Of a DNA stretch of 64,000 nt, positions 46,192 through 57,205 are shown piece after piece. Within the stretch, counting starts at the first letter, position 1; every line of letters begins with the position of its first letter. The stretch is taken from contig NC_043003.1 of assembly GCF_006345805.1 (NCBI RefSeq), positions 11,594,001 to 11,658,000 of the forward strand. The letters run 5' to 3'. The notes beneath the pieces were generated by a model. That model was not told the origin of the DNA and ran no database searches. It saw only the letters and a list, made by a program, of their open reading frames with translations. This DNA comes from Octopus sinensis. Its lineage: Eukaryota. Both the position numbers and the translations under genes were made by a program.

Positions 46192-46445
46192 CATATATAC
46201 ATATATATATACATATACATATATATTATATATACATATATATATACATACAATATATATATATATATACATTATATATATACATATATATACATAATAT
46301 ATATACATAATATAACGTATCTACATATATATATACATTTTATTTGTATACATATATGTATATACATATATACATATATATATACATATATACATATATA
46401 TATACATATATACTATATATATATATATAATATGCTGTATATGTA
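45985..46445. repeat. Interrupted (TA)n/(TACA)n array
   Basis: Direct reading. Confidence 0.92.
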
Positions 46446-46471
46446 TATTAATGATGCAGTTGTTACCTTAC

Positions 46472-46542
46472 ATTCGTGCACCTATAATGCCTTCAGCCCT
46501 CTTCTCTAGAAGCATGTCTAGAGTATTTTTTAATGGTTTCTC
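46472..46542 (-). other. Candidate 71-nt coding exon ([23 protein letters not shown])
   Basis: gtttacag| acceptor and |gtaagg donor; phase-compatible with 47777-47847. Confidence 0.25.
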
Positions 46543-46591
46543 CTGTAAACCCATAAGACTCTGTATGTGCTTGCATACTTATTGTGTGCGT

Positions 46592-46627
<36 letters not shown>

Positions 46628-46904
46628 GCATGCATGCATGCATACACTAGACGAAGGCAGCAATTTAGATGTTCAGCTCTTTTTCCGATGCTACGCCACG
46701 ACCGGCTGTAATGGAAAGTAATGTTAGCACAATTAATTTATGTGCTATTAGTATTGCAGTCCCATCTAGCTCTGGATGATAATGGGATTACTTCGCTTAC
46801 TCTGTTTCGGCTGGCATCGTTCCATAGATTGCCATTTTCTTAACAATCTTAACATTCTTTTGTGAAATAATATATCATTTTCCATCTTTCGCATGGCATC
46901 CAAG

Positions 46905-47023
46905 CAATGTATTATTACTGGTGCTATTATCATTATTATATTATTATTATTTTATTATTATTATTATTATCATTATTATTATTATCATTATTATTATTAT
47001 CATCATCATTATTATTATTATTA

Positions 47024-47057
<34 letters not shown>

Positions 47058-47275
47058 CATTATTATTATTATTATTATTATCATTACTATTATTATTATC
47101 ATTATTATTATCATTATTATTATTATTATCATTATTATTATCATTATTAGTTTATTATTATTATTATTATCATTATTATTATCATTATCATTATTATTAT
47201 TATTATCATTATTATCATCATCATCATCATTATCATTATTATTTTTATCATCATTATTATTGTTATTATTGTCGT
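46905..47275. repeat. (ATT/ATC)n array, ~370 bp
   Basis: Direct reading. Confidence 0.95.
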
Positions 47276-47776
47276 TATTTCTGGGTTGTTGTTTTTTTTT
47301 GTTCTTGTTATTTTCGATATTTTGCTATTAATATCGAAAACTGAAATTTTTAACAAAATTGTTGAGTTTTGTCTGCAATCAAAAAATATTTTCATCAAAA
47401 CATATGAAAGGATTGTTATAATTACTTGTCTGAGAATAATTTCAAAGATGAAAAGAATGTTTTCTGGAAATTATCGGTGGGTGTTGTTGTTGTTGTTGGT
47501 GTTGTTAATGTTATTTTCCTCATATACACATATATATATTATTGGAGTTGTGCTTCTTCATATATTAAGTATATTTTAATATTTTACATTCCAAAAAAGC
47601 AAATATCCTTCACACGAATTCTTCGAGATGAAAGATACTTCAAAAATGTTTTTAAATATTTATATACCCTAATCAAACAAACATTCTAGCAATATTATTA
47701 TATACACACAAACTCATGTTTTAATATTCCTTGTTTTCTCTGATAATGTCACCATTCACAGTAAGGTATGAATTAC

Positions 47777-47847
47777 CTGTGGTAAAAGCAGAACAGTGGC
47801 TTTCCATCCTTGACCATCTTGTCTCTTCACAAATAGAGTAATGTAGA
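47777..47847 (-). other. Candidate 71-nt coding exon (YITLFVKRQDGQGWKATVLLLPQ)
   Basis: cttttcttgatttag| acceptor and CAG|gtaatt donor. Confidence 0.25.
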
Positions 47848-47937
47848 CTAAATCAAGAAAAGTGTCTTTTGATGCCATCCTGCTTAGGACCCTTTCTGGT
47901 TCTATGATGCAGACTTCCCTTCCAAAATTATGTAAAT

Positions 47938-48358
47938 CAGTGGCCCTCAACTGAGGTTTATATGGCCCTTTGTGGATCCGCATAAGATTTTGTCGTTAAA
48001 CTTTATGTCCAATAAATTGGTTATGCTCCTTCAAATACACAAAATATTTTAGCAATTTTTTTCTTTTATACTATTCCTGATAATATTAATCAAAGGGCAT
48101 ACTAGGTATGTCTACCTGCTGGAAATAACAGTCAAAACTCTTGTTTGAGTTGCCGAAATACACTGATAATAACTACAGAAATCAACTGTGAATTATTTTT
48201 TTCTCGTGAATTATTTGTTCTGTATTGAAATTATTGGTAATAATATTTAATTATAAAAATATAATAGGGAGTTTTTGAATATCAAATGGTTATGAGAGTC
48301 CACCGAATGAAAGAGAAATCGAAGGGGTCCATAGGAAAAAAGTGGCTGAGAACCACTG
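47938..48358. mobile_element. hAT-type MITE with 8-bp TSD
   Basis: Termini cagtggccctca / tgagaaccactg; TSD atgtaaat (47930-47937) versus atctaaat (48359-48366). Confidence 0.85.
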
Positions 48359-48366
48359 ATCTAAAT

Positions 48367-48515
48367 TAAAAACTTCTGTCAAAATTTCATTTTTATGTTC
48401 CAAATGTCAGTCAAATAACAACGAAGTTATTTTGGTAAATTCTTCACTCTTTACAAAATTATTTGAAATGAAAGAAGTGTATATATCAGTAGAAATACAG
48501 TAACAAGAGGGTTAA
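48367..48515 (+). mobile_element. MITE B 3' half, old
   Basis: Ends cagtaacaagaggg-ttaa. Confidence 0.65.
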
Positions 48516-48639
48516 GGTTGTAGGGTTTTGTTCAATGGAATTATGGTTGCTATTTCTAGCAGGTCAAGTGACCATATAGGGGCTTGCATTATCTTGATTT
48601 GTGATGGAATTGTTTGGGTAGGTGTGTGAAAAATCAAAC

Positions 48640-48800
48640 CCCACAATCATCATTTAATTTCTATTTTCCATGCTGGTATAAGTTGGACAGTTTGATAGGA
48701 ACTGGTAAGGCCAGGCGTTTCTACAACTGGATGCCCTTCCTTATGCCAACTACTTTACAGAGTGTACTGGATGCTTTTTATGTGGCACCATCACCAGTGC
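48640..48800 (-). mobile_element. Family R, deleted copy
   Basis: ttttccatgctgg...ctacaactggatgcccttcc. Confidence 0.75.
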
Positions 48801-49200
48801 TTTTTGCATAAGATTGATATAAAGGAGTTGGGGTTGGAGGTAGATGAGCAATTGAATGGGCCATGAACCAGTGAGGAAGTCTCATCATGGTTATTAGAAG
48901 TAATAGCCAAATTTTCTTCAGATCACACCTTACTTAACCAAAAAAGACAAACTACAGAAAATGGGCTTAAATACAAAATATTTGGTGCTTTTTGTGTGTG
49001 GTGGGAGACATGAATTGAACACCTCTTGACCATTCTTGCTGCCAGGTCTTTTAACTTGGGCCTAATTAAAAACAGCAACACAAAACATGACAGAAAAAGG
49101 GAATGAGCAAATCCAATATGGAGAAATAAAAAATGTGGGCCCTCATTGTCATCATTATTTAACCTTTTAGTTATATTTCTGTTGAAATGCACTGCTTTTG

Positions 49201-49579
49201 TAATAAAGATTGTTTGCCAACATTACATGGCAGTCCTGGTTTAGGACTAATGTTGCTGTAATTTAGCCCCAGGAGACATCATCTCCAGCTGGCTATACGA
49301 CACAATCTGTGTCCTTATATTTTCAAAAAAGGGAATCTAGCACCCCTACTCAGCTCAAATATCTGTGTATCGCGATTTCTGGGTTATTTCTCTTCATCAA
49401 TCGCGATACACAGATATTGTTTTGTGCTGAGTTGGGGTGCTAGATTCCCTTGTTCGAAAATATAAGGACACAAATTGTGTCGTATAGCCAGCTGGAGACA
49501 ATATCTCCTGGGGCTAAATAACAGCAACATTAGTCCTAAACCAGGACTCCCATGTTATGTTGGCAAACAATCTTTACTC
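49201..49579. mobile_element. Foldback-type MITE: ~176-bp inverted arms with a ~23-nt loop, inserted in an old reverse MITE B (49159-49760)
   Basis: The arms 49201-49376 and 49400-49579 are reverse complements with scattered mismatches and one 4-nt indel. Confidence 0.9.
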
Positions 49580-49833
49580 CAAAGTACTGTTGCTGACTAT
49601 CTCACGTTGTGAGATTTCAAAATAGTAATTTTCTAATAAACTGGTTTTGTTTTAACTAATTTTGAGAATTGTGAAGAATTTAGTTAAATAACTTCATAAA
49701 GCCGATGCTTGGAACATAAATTAACACAAAATATTTAATGGAAAGTTTTAATTTAGATATCTTTAACCCTTTAGCATTCAAATTACTCTATCAAGTCTAA
49801 TGCTTATTTATTCACGTTGTTTTAAATTAATTA

Positions 49834-50200
49834 CTAGCACTATGACCCGGCGTTGCCGGGTCATAGTGCTATTGCATGCATATACAGCTGCGTGCGTGCG
49901 TGCGCACATACACGCGAGTACTGTCCAAATCTCTGACCAGTCACATACAGCTAGCTGGCATTCAATTGGTGTATCAAGTTTCAGGCATTTTGATTGGGTT
50001 TTGCTTAGAAAATTCACAAAAAAGTCACTTCTATTGATTTTTTATTGGCTTTGCAGGGTGACTGGGGAAATGTAAAGATGTGCACAACCACCCTTGGACG
50101 GTTTTGAATGACCATAGAAAGTGTGAGCCCTCGAACTGAAAAATTGTGGATTTGTATAACGGACACACGCACAGCATTTCGCCGTTTATATATATAGAGA
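49834..50200 (-). mobile_element. Non-autonomous Helitron H2
   Basis: A|TC start, CTAG|T end, and a 17-bp perfect terminal hairpin tagcactatgacccggc-N3-gccgggtcatagtgcta. Confidence 0.88.
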
Positions 50201-50205
50201 TGCAT

Positions 50206-50436
50206 AAGGTGGCGAGCTGGCAGAAATGTTAGCACGCCGGGTGAAATGCTTAGCGGTATTTCGTCTGTCGCTACGTTCTGAGTTCAAATTCCGCCAAGGT
50301 CGACTTTGCCTTTCATCCTTTCGGGGTCGATAAATAAAGTACCAGTTTCGCACTGGGGGCGATATAATCGACTCAATCCCTTTGTCTATCCTTGTTTGTC
50401 CCCTCCATGTTTGGCTCCTTGTGGGCAGTAAAGAAA
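50206..50436 (+). mobile_element. SINE S2a, full length, with 19-bp TSD
   Basis: tatatatatagagatgcat at 50187-50205 and 50437-50455. Confidence 0.93.
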
Positions 50437-51532
50437 TATATATATAGAGATGCATTATCTCATAGCTTTGAGATTTCAATGATGTCCTTGTTTATTTTTA
50501 GAATGACATTGTAGGGTTAGCATGAAAGGCTGGACCCTGTTGCTTTGAACACAAAACAGGTAGAATATTAGGGCCAGGTTATGGCTAAAGAGTTAAAGGA
50601 GGAAATTTGTATCATAAAATAAAAGGTGGCACCAGGTGGGTTGGTATTAAAATGGCTAAGGTCCTCTTTTCTATGCTGGCATGGGTTGGATGGTTTGAGA
50701 GGAAGATGCTGGAGAGTGAGTGGATTGCACTGAGCTCTGATGTCTGCTGTGGTTTTGCACAGTCCTCTCGCTTGTTGATTCCTCTCAAACTGTCCGATTT
50801 ATGTCATCATGGGGGGGGGGGGGGGTAAAAAAAAAGGAATGTTAAATGATGATGATGATGATGAAAAGGAGGAGGATGTGTTAGATAAAAGCTCATAGCT
50901 GTTTCTGAGAATCAATAGACGGGATAATTAAAGAACTGGATGTGGCCAGTTGTTTAGTAACAATTAGTAAGAATCAAATTCTGTTACTGACAAGAAACAA
51001 GTAATTACATTTTTTTTTTTGTTTTAATGTTTTCTTTTTTTCTTTTAAATCATGTTCAGTGAAGCGTGACATTTTGTCACTGATATATCAAGAAGATAAT
51101 CTTAGTAACCATAAAATTAAACAAAAAAGGGAAAAAAAAAAAAATGAAGGAAAGAGAACAAAAACAAAATGTCTCTGTATGTCAGATTGAGACACCATTG
51201 GTAAAGACAGTAAAATAATTGGTTTAACCTTGGTCTCCAACTAACTGGTAACCATATCTTTGAAAAATCTTCATTCTGTCAAAGTATCATTCAAGTAGTT
51301 TAAAGAGAGAGAGAGAGAGAGCAATTATTAACGGTCTTATGAACAGCTGCTAATCGTATACAAAATTCAACCCTAGACAACTGCTCAAATATCTGGGACA
51401 GAACTCCCACCATTCATTCACCTACATATCCTAAATTCCACCGCTGTTAATAAAATAAACAAACAAAATATATCTATGTAAAAATAAAATCAGATTGTAA
51501 AGAAAAAAAAACATCCAATAATGCTTTCTAAT

Positions 51533-51657
51533 CCGGTGTTTCTCAGCCACATCTTACCTATGGATCCTTTTGATTTGTATTTTTATTTGAACAGAACCTT
51601 CTTAGCCATTCGATATTTAAAAAAAAAAAAAAACATTGTTTTGATAATTAAATATTA
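51533..51657 (+). mobile_element. hAT-type MITE 5' fragment
   Basis: Collinear with the reverse complement of 48230-48358 (ttctcagccac...cctatgga...). Confidence 0.65.
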
Positions 51658-52040
51658 CTAGCAGTATTGCCCGGCGTTTCTCGGGTTTGTTTCGACCCTT
51701 CAGAATTGGAATTTTTGAAATTTTGCATTATGTAGCTTGTTATTCTCTTTAAGTGAACATTTTTCTAGTTGAAATACACCGAAAAATGGCGACACAGCAG
51801 TAAAAAAATCGTAAAAAATAGGGATTTTCATAGAAAAAAAAGCACCTTTTTGATGTAAATAATTTTTGGCGTTAACATGGTCCGATTTGAATTTTTTCTT
51901 TTACAGAAAGAAGAGCAAGCCTTCTTCTATCATACTCTCAATTTTGGTCAACTTGTGCCGCAGGGTCTCAGAGGAGATAGTGTTAGTTGAAGGCTACCAA
52001 ACCTGCCAAACACAGACAACTTCAGCTTTATATATAGGGA
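51658..52040 (-). mobile_element. Non-autonomous Helitron H3
   Basis: 5' tccctatatataaagctgaagttg; 3' cccgagaaacgccgggcaatactgCTAG|T. Termini resemble H1 but the interior differs. Confidence 0.85.
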
Positions 52041-52043
52041 AAT

Positions 52044-52197
52044 TATTATCTCATAGCTTTGAGATTCCAATGATGTGATTATTTATTTTTAAAAAGACTT
52101 GGTATAGTTGGTGCGAGAGGCCAGATCTGGCTGGTTTGAGCATAAAGCTGGCAGAACATTTGGGCTACATACGTCCAGTTTAAATGCTAATGGGTTG
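52044..52197 (+). mobile_element. MITE A right half
   Basis: attatctcatagctttgagatt...tttaaatgctaatgggtt. Confidence 0.75.
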
Positions 52198-52304
52198 GTG
52201 ATTGAATGTCAGTCGTCAAATGACACATCTTTAAAAGCAGTCAAAGATATCTGTACATAAAGTGGCAGAACTGCCACAGATGTGGGAGCAGTATTGTGTT
52301 GAGT

Positions 52305-52470
52305 CATCATCATTGTCTTCATTTAATTATTGCCTTTCACGTTGGCATGGACTGGACAGTTTCACAGGTGCTTGCCAGGTAGAAGACTGCACCAGACTTC
52401 TGTGTCTGTTTTGGCATGGTTTTTACGGCTGGATGCCCATCCTAACACCGACCATCCCACAGAGTGGATT
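52305..52470 (-). mobile_element. Family R copy
   Basis: catcatcatt...gttggcatgg...ggctggatgcccatcctaacacc. Confidence 0.7.
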
Positions 52471-52559
52471 GTTTAATTTGCATAATTTATCTGTTACTGA
52501 ATGTTGGATTATGACCAAAATCTTATGTTATGATTGTGAATACAAGTGGCCGAAATGGG

Positions 52560-52900
52560 GTTTCCTTAAAATACCTCTGGACTAACTTGTGCATGGCAGG
52601 GCATGCAGCTCAGAGATCAGGGAGTTTCTCTAGGCTGATCCATTGTTTATCCGCATTGAGAGGTCGCAGCTTCGGTACTATAAACATGATTAGGATGTTT
52701 GCAAGAAAGAATCACGAGCAGGATTCTTGAAGTCGAGCCAACCGGTAGAAGACCTAAGGGTAGACTAAGAGCAAGGTGGTTGGGCAATATTCATGATCTC
52801 AATTGGTCACACCTGAGAATCCTACTGGAAGGTGTAATGATGTTTGCTTTTTATAGAATCCTATAGAGGAGGTGATTAAGGACTCTGTGCACCACAGTCC
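52560..52900 (+). mobile_element. RTE-clade LINE 3' ORF relic
   Basis: DPLFIRIERSQLRYYKH / QERITSRILEVEPTGRRPKGRLRARWLGNIHDL (frameshifted), typical of the RTE C-terminus. Confidence 0.78.
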
Positions 52901-53339
52901 TTCTAGAAATAGCAGCAAACAAAAATGGATGAATTGATCTCTTAATGCTGTAAGCCCACTTTTTCTTACTTTAAATTCTAGTGATAGCAAATGACTGACT
53001 TTTAACTAAACCATGGTACCATCAGTTTTTGTTTGTTTTTTTTGGTCTTATACTATTAGATTTCAATAATTAATTGTTTTCAAATTTATTCGTTTAAGGT
53101 TGGGTTAATTGATTGCATTTCCTTCGATTAAATTGTATTTCATTTATTATTATTATTAATTTTTTTTTTTTGGTTTTGGTTAGGTGGGGAACCTATATTA
53201 ATTAGGGTGCGAATACCTTGCACTATTAATTTTTTCTTAAAAAAAAGTATTTAATTTTACTTCCATTTTATTTTCCAAAGCCTAATTTTTCTGTTTGTAG
53301 ATTTTTCACAGTTCTTCCTTTTCTTCCGAAGCTTCTACA

Positions 53340-53490
53340 CTATTATTACTATTATCATCATTATTATTATTATGATTATTATTATTATTATTATGATTAT
53401 TATTATTATTATTATCATTATTATTATTATTATGATTATTATTATTATTATTTATTATTTATAAAAGAAATCATTATTATTATTATTATT
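53340..53490. repeat. (ATT)n with periodic ATG/ATC interruptions
   Basis: Direct reading. Confidence 0.9.
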
Positions 53491-54179
53491 TCTTCTTCTT
53501 TGAAAGCCATCTGTTGCACCTGTATCAATCGATACGATAGCATGTTAGGAATATTGGCACTAAACCTTCCAGCCATTGTTATTTTTCTAATTCACCTCAC
53601 AAAGTGATTTCAATTTTGGCTAAAATTAGGACAACCTCTCTTCTCTATGTACTTAAATTGATGGTATTTGTATTGATGGTGCCATCGCTGTTGTCATAGT
53701 AGGTGTCGGTGGCAGCAAAGGTGGTGCTGGTGATGTAATTATTTTTAGCACCCACCCACACACACACACATACACACACACACACGTTCGTTCACTTCTC
53801 TCCTTTCTTGTACATCTGATGTTTTCTCAGAGTGAAGGGTAATTTTCTATTCCTTGACATCCTGTTTCTATGGATACTTTAGTTAAAATTAAATATTTGA
53901 TTACCATTATAACCTTTCCATGTCTATTTCTTCTCCCTTTTTCTCCTTATTAAGGCTTCATGCCAAACGTAAGAAATTGCCACCACCACCACCACCACCA
54001 CCGCCATCATCATCATTACCATCACCATCATCATTATTACTGTGTTTCCATAAATTTTGATTCTTTGATCATATGAAGTGAAATATTTGAATTTCAGCTA
54101 CTAGTTATTTATTTTAACTTATTTTTTGATAAGCTGAGCCCTCCTTTCTCCTTGTTGTTCTTCATCCTTCTGCCCTTGT

Positions 54180-54196
54180 TCACCTCTCCCTCTCTC

Positions 54197-54248
<52 letters not shown>

Positions 54249-54262
54249 TGTCTCTCTCTTTC
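54180..54262. repeat. (CT)n
   Basis: Direct reading. Confidence 0.95.
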
Positions 54263-55542
54263 TCATTAATGCATTCCCATTTACTTGTAATGTCAGCTTC
54301 TGGAGAGTGAGAACAGCCTCTCTGATAAAATAAATACTTGTATGTGAATTTTATCTGGGTCATATGATTTAGCAGGCACCAATGAAAACACTTGCACACA
54401 CATATATATATACACTATCTGATACATCTCCCATTTTACTCTATCTCACATCCACATTAGCCTCCTTTAACGCGCTCTCCCTCTCGTCTCACTCTATCTG
54501 TCATCTTCTCTGTTCTTCCCATTCTAATATAGTTTATCATACATGTGTATAAAATTTGATTGTAAAACTATTGATTTTAGTAATGAGAATAATTCTTGTC
54601 CAAGATAATTGCTAATACCATGGCAACCTTGGATTTAAATGTATTATCTCTTGGATTTTTCCTTTCTTTGTTGTCTTTTTGTTTGTTTTTAGTTTTTCTC
54701 TTTTGTTGTTGTTGTTGTTGTGGTTTCTTCTCTTTTTTTGTTTTTAGTGAATTCCTTACTTCCTTATTATACAGTTGAAAGTTAGGAGAAATCTATGCTT
54801 ACAGAGAAGATAGTTAGATATAATGACAAATAGATACAGAGAGAGAGAGAGAGAGAGAGGGAGAATGGGAGAGAGAGAAATCTTTTTGTCAAAGTCATTT
54901 TATCAGTTAGTCTTACTTTTGGAGTGTTATCCAAGAATAGCAAAAGTAATATATTCTTGGTTTTGGCAGTGTTATTTATGATGATGATGGTGATGATGAT
55001 GATGTTGTTGATAGATGATGTTGAAGGTACCAATGATGACGGTAGTGGTGGTCGTTGTCGTGGTGTTGGTGATGGTATTGTCCTAGAACAGTTTTTCTTT
55101 GTCTATAACCAGCAAGGTGACTATCCGTGGCCTGAATAATTTCTTGCCATGTTTTGAATATTGGACTCTGCAATCACCATAAATTTGCCGACTAGTGCAG
55201 TAGTAATATCATTACAACCACCACCACCACCACCACCACTGCGACCAAATACCACCTCCGTCCATACCACCGCGATCGCCATTTCCATGATGGTCGCCGC
55301 CGCCGCCACCACCACCGCCGCCGCTACCACTACCATTATCTTCATCATTTGCTGCCATTCTCCATTTAGTATTTTCATTCTGTACACGTGCAAACAGAAA
55401 GCCATACCACCACCAATACACACACACACACACAAATTGCCAGCCAGAGCTAACAAAAGGATACTGCTGACAATGTTTGTAATCTGTCATCCGGTCTCTT
55501 GACACTCATAGTTCCAATCCTTGACTAAATCCATTTCCATTT

Positions 55543-55544
<2 letters not shown>

Positions 55545-55630
<86 letters not shown>

Positions 55631-55665
55631 CATTATTAATATTATTATTATTATTATCATCATCA
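55545..55665. repeat. (ATT)n, long and near-pure
   Basis: Direct reading. Confidence 0.95.
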
Positions 55666-55979
55666 GCTGCATATAGCTGGATCCCTTTGTCATTCATGTG
55701 TATTCAGCAAATGCCTGGCTGTATTTCTTCAGTTCCTACCCAAAGATCCTTGTTTTCTTCTTGGAATAATTCTTTATTTACTTGTTCTTTTATTAGTCTT
55801 GTTTGTAGTTTTTTTTTTGTTTTTTCTTTAAATATTCTGCTAAAGTAACTTAGGTTACAATTTATTGTATTAGTATTTCTTAGAAACCATTATTATCACC
55901 ATCATTACCATTATTATTATTGTTGTTGTTGTTGTTATTATTATTACTATTACTGCTGCTGCTACTACTACTACTACTA

Positions 55980-56205
55980 CGGCAGCGAGCTGGCAGAATC
56001 ATTAGCACGCCGGGCAAAATGCTTATCGGTATTTCGTCTGTCACTACATTCTGAGTTCAAATTCCGCCGAGGTTGACTTTGCCTTTCATCCTTTCAGGGT
56101 TGAAGAAATAGGTACCAGGTATTGACTGCTGGAAGCAATGTTATCAACTACCCCCTCCCCCTGCCAAATTTCAGGTCTTGTTCTAATTGTAGAAAGGATT
56201 GTTTA
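55980..56205 (+). mobile_element. SINE S2b
   Basis: ggcagcgagctggcagaatcattagcacgccggg...gtagaaagg. Confidence 0.9.
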
Positions 56206-56206
56206 T

Positions 56207-56515
56207 TATTATAGTTATTATTATTCTTTGTAATTCCGGCTTTGTTATAACTCCTGGAGTCTTGCATGCATAGTGGGCTTGCTACCTGCAGCCTACAGCA
56301 CCATGCTGTCCATTCTTTTCAACTATCTAATACTTTACTGATTATTCTGGCCATGCCAAGGAGGCAAGCCTTTTGTAACAGTTCTACCAGACACTCTATT
56401 CCAATTTCCTTTATATTCCTCTTGATGTCTTCTGATGCTGTCCCCAAGGACCCAACAATAATTGGCACTGTCTTTACTGTCTTCATTTTTCATAGTCAGT
56501 TTATTTCGTACTTAA
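56207..56515 (-). mobile_element. R4/Dong-like (RLE-type) non-LTR retrotransposon 3' end
   Basis: KYEIN*L*KMKTVKTVPIIVGSLG...LLQKACLLGMARIISKVLDS* (stop at 56319-56321), short 3' UTR and (AAT)n tail. Confidence 0.8.
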
Positions 56516-56552
56516 GTAGGTTGTATTGTTATTGTATTGCTATTGTTATTAA

Positions 56553-56752
56553 TGTGCCGGTGGCACGTAAAAAGCACCCACTACAATCATGGATTGGTTA
56601 GCGTTAGGAAGGGCATCCAGCTGTAGAAACTGCCAGATCAAGATTGGAGCCTGGTGCGGCTGTCTGGTTCGCCAGCCCTCAGTCAAAATCGTCCAACCCA
56701 TGCTAGCATGGAAAGCGGACATTAAACAATGAGGATGATGATGATGATGATG
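56553..56752 (+). mobile_element. Retroposon R1, 5'-truncated
   Basis: gtgccggtggcacgtaaaaagcacc...ggaaagcggacattaaac(GAT)n. Confidence 0.9.
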
Positions 56753-56756
56753 AACA

Positions 56757-56975
56757 CGGTAGCGAGCTGGCAGAATCGTTAGCATGCCTGATGAAATGCT
56801 TAGCAGTATTTTACCCATTGCTACGTTCTGAGTTCAAGTTCTGCCGAGGTCAACTTTGCATTTCATCCTTTCGGGGTCAATAAAAGAAGTATCAGTTACA
56901 CACTGGGGTTGAAGTAGTCAACTTGATTGTCTCCCCCAAGCTGCCCTTGTGGCAAAAATTTAAAATCATTATTAT
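56757..56975 (+). mobile_element. SINE S2b
   Basis: Starts immediately after the R1 (GAT)n tail. Confidence 0.9.
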
Positions 56976-56981
56976 TATTAA

Positions 56982-57205
56982 CAAGGTAGCGATCTGGTAG
57001 AATTGTTAGTGCGCTGGAATAAATGCATGGTGATATTTCGTCTGTTGCTAATTTCTGAGTTCAAATTCCGCCAAGGTCAACTTCATCTTTTATCCTTTCG
57101 TGGCCGATAAAATAAGTACCAGTTGTGTACTGGGGTCGATGTAATCAACTTATCCCCTCCCACAAAATTGCTGCCCTTGTGGAAAAATTTGAAACCAGTA
57201 TTATT
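56982..57205 (+). mobile_element. SINE S2b, tandem with the previous copy
   Basis: aaggtagcgatctggtagaattgttag...gaaaccag(TAT)n. Confidence 0.88.

Larger units (their letters stand above)
49763..50596 (+). mobile_element. piggyBac-type MITE A carrying a nested Helitron and SINE
   Basis: TTAA-CCCTTTAGC ... GCTAAAGAG-TTAA; removing the inserts restores the family-A body. Confidence 0.85.

Noticed and set aside
48923-49192. PKLKDLAARMVKR segment resembling a BC/SOCS-box-like helix
   Set aside because: The similarity is very short and the donor ambiguous; not enough to call an exon or domain.
50810-50840. Poly-G followed by poly-A run
   Set aside because: Homopolymers inside a degraded R-family fragment; possibly a sequencing artefact.
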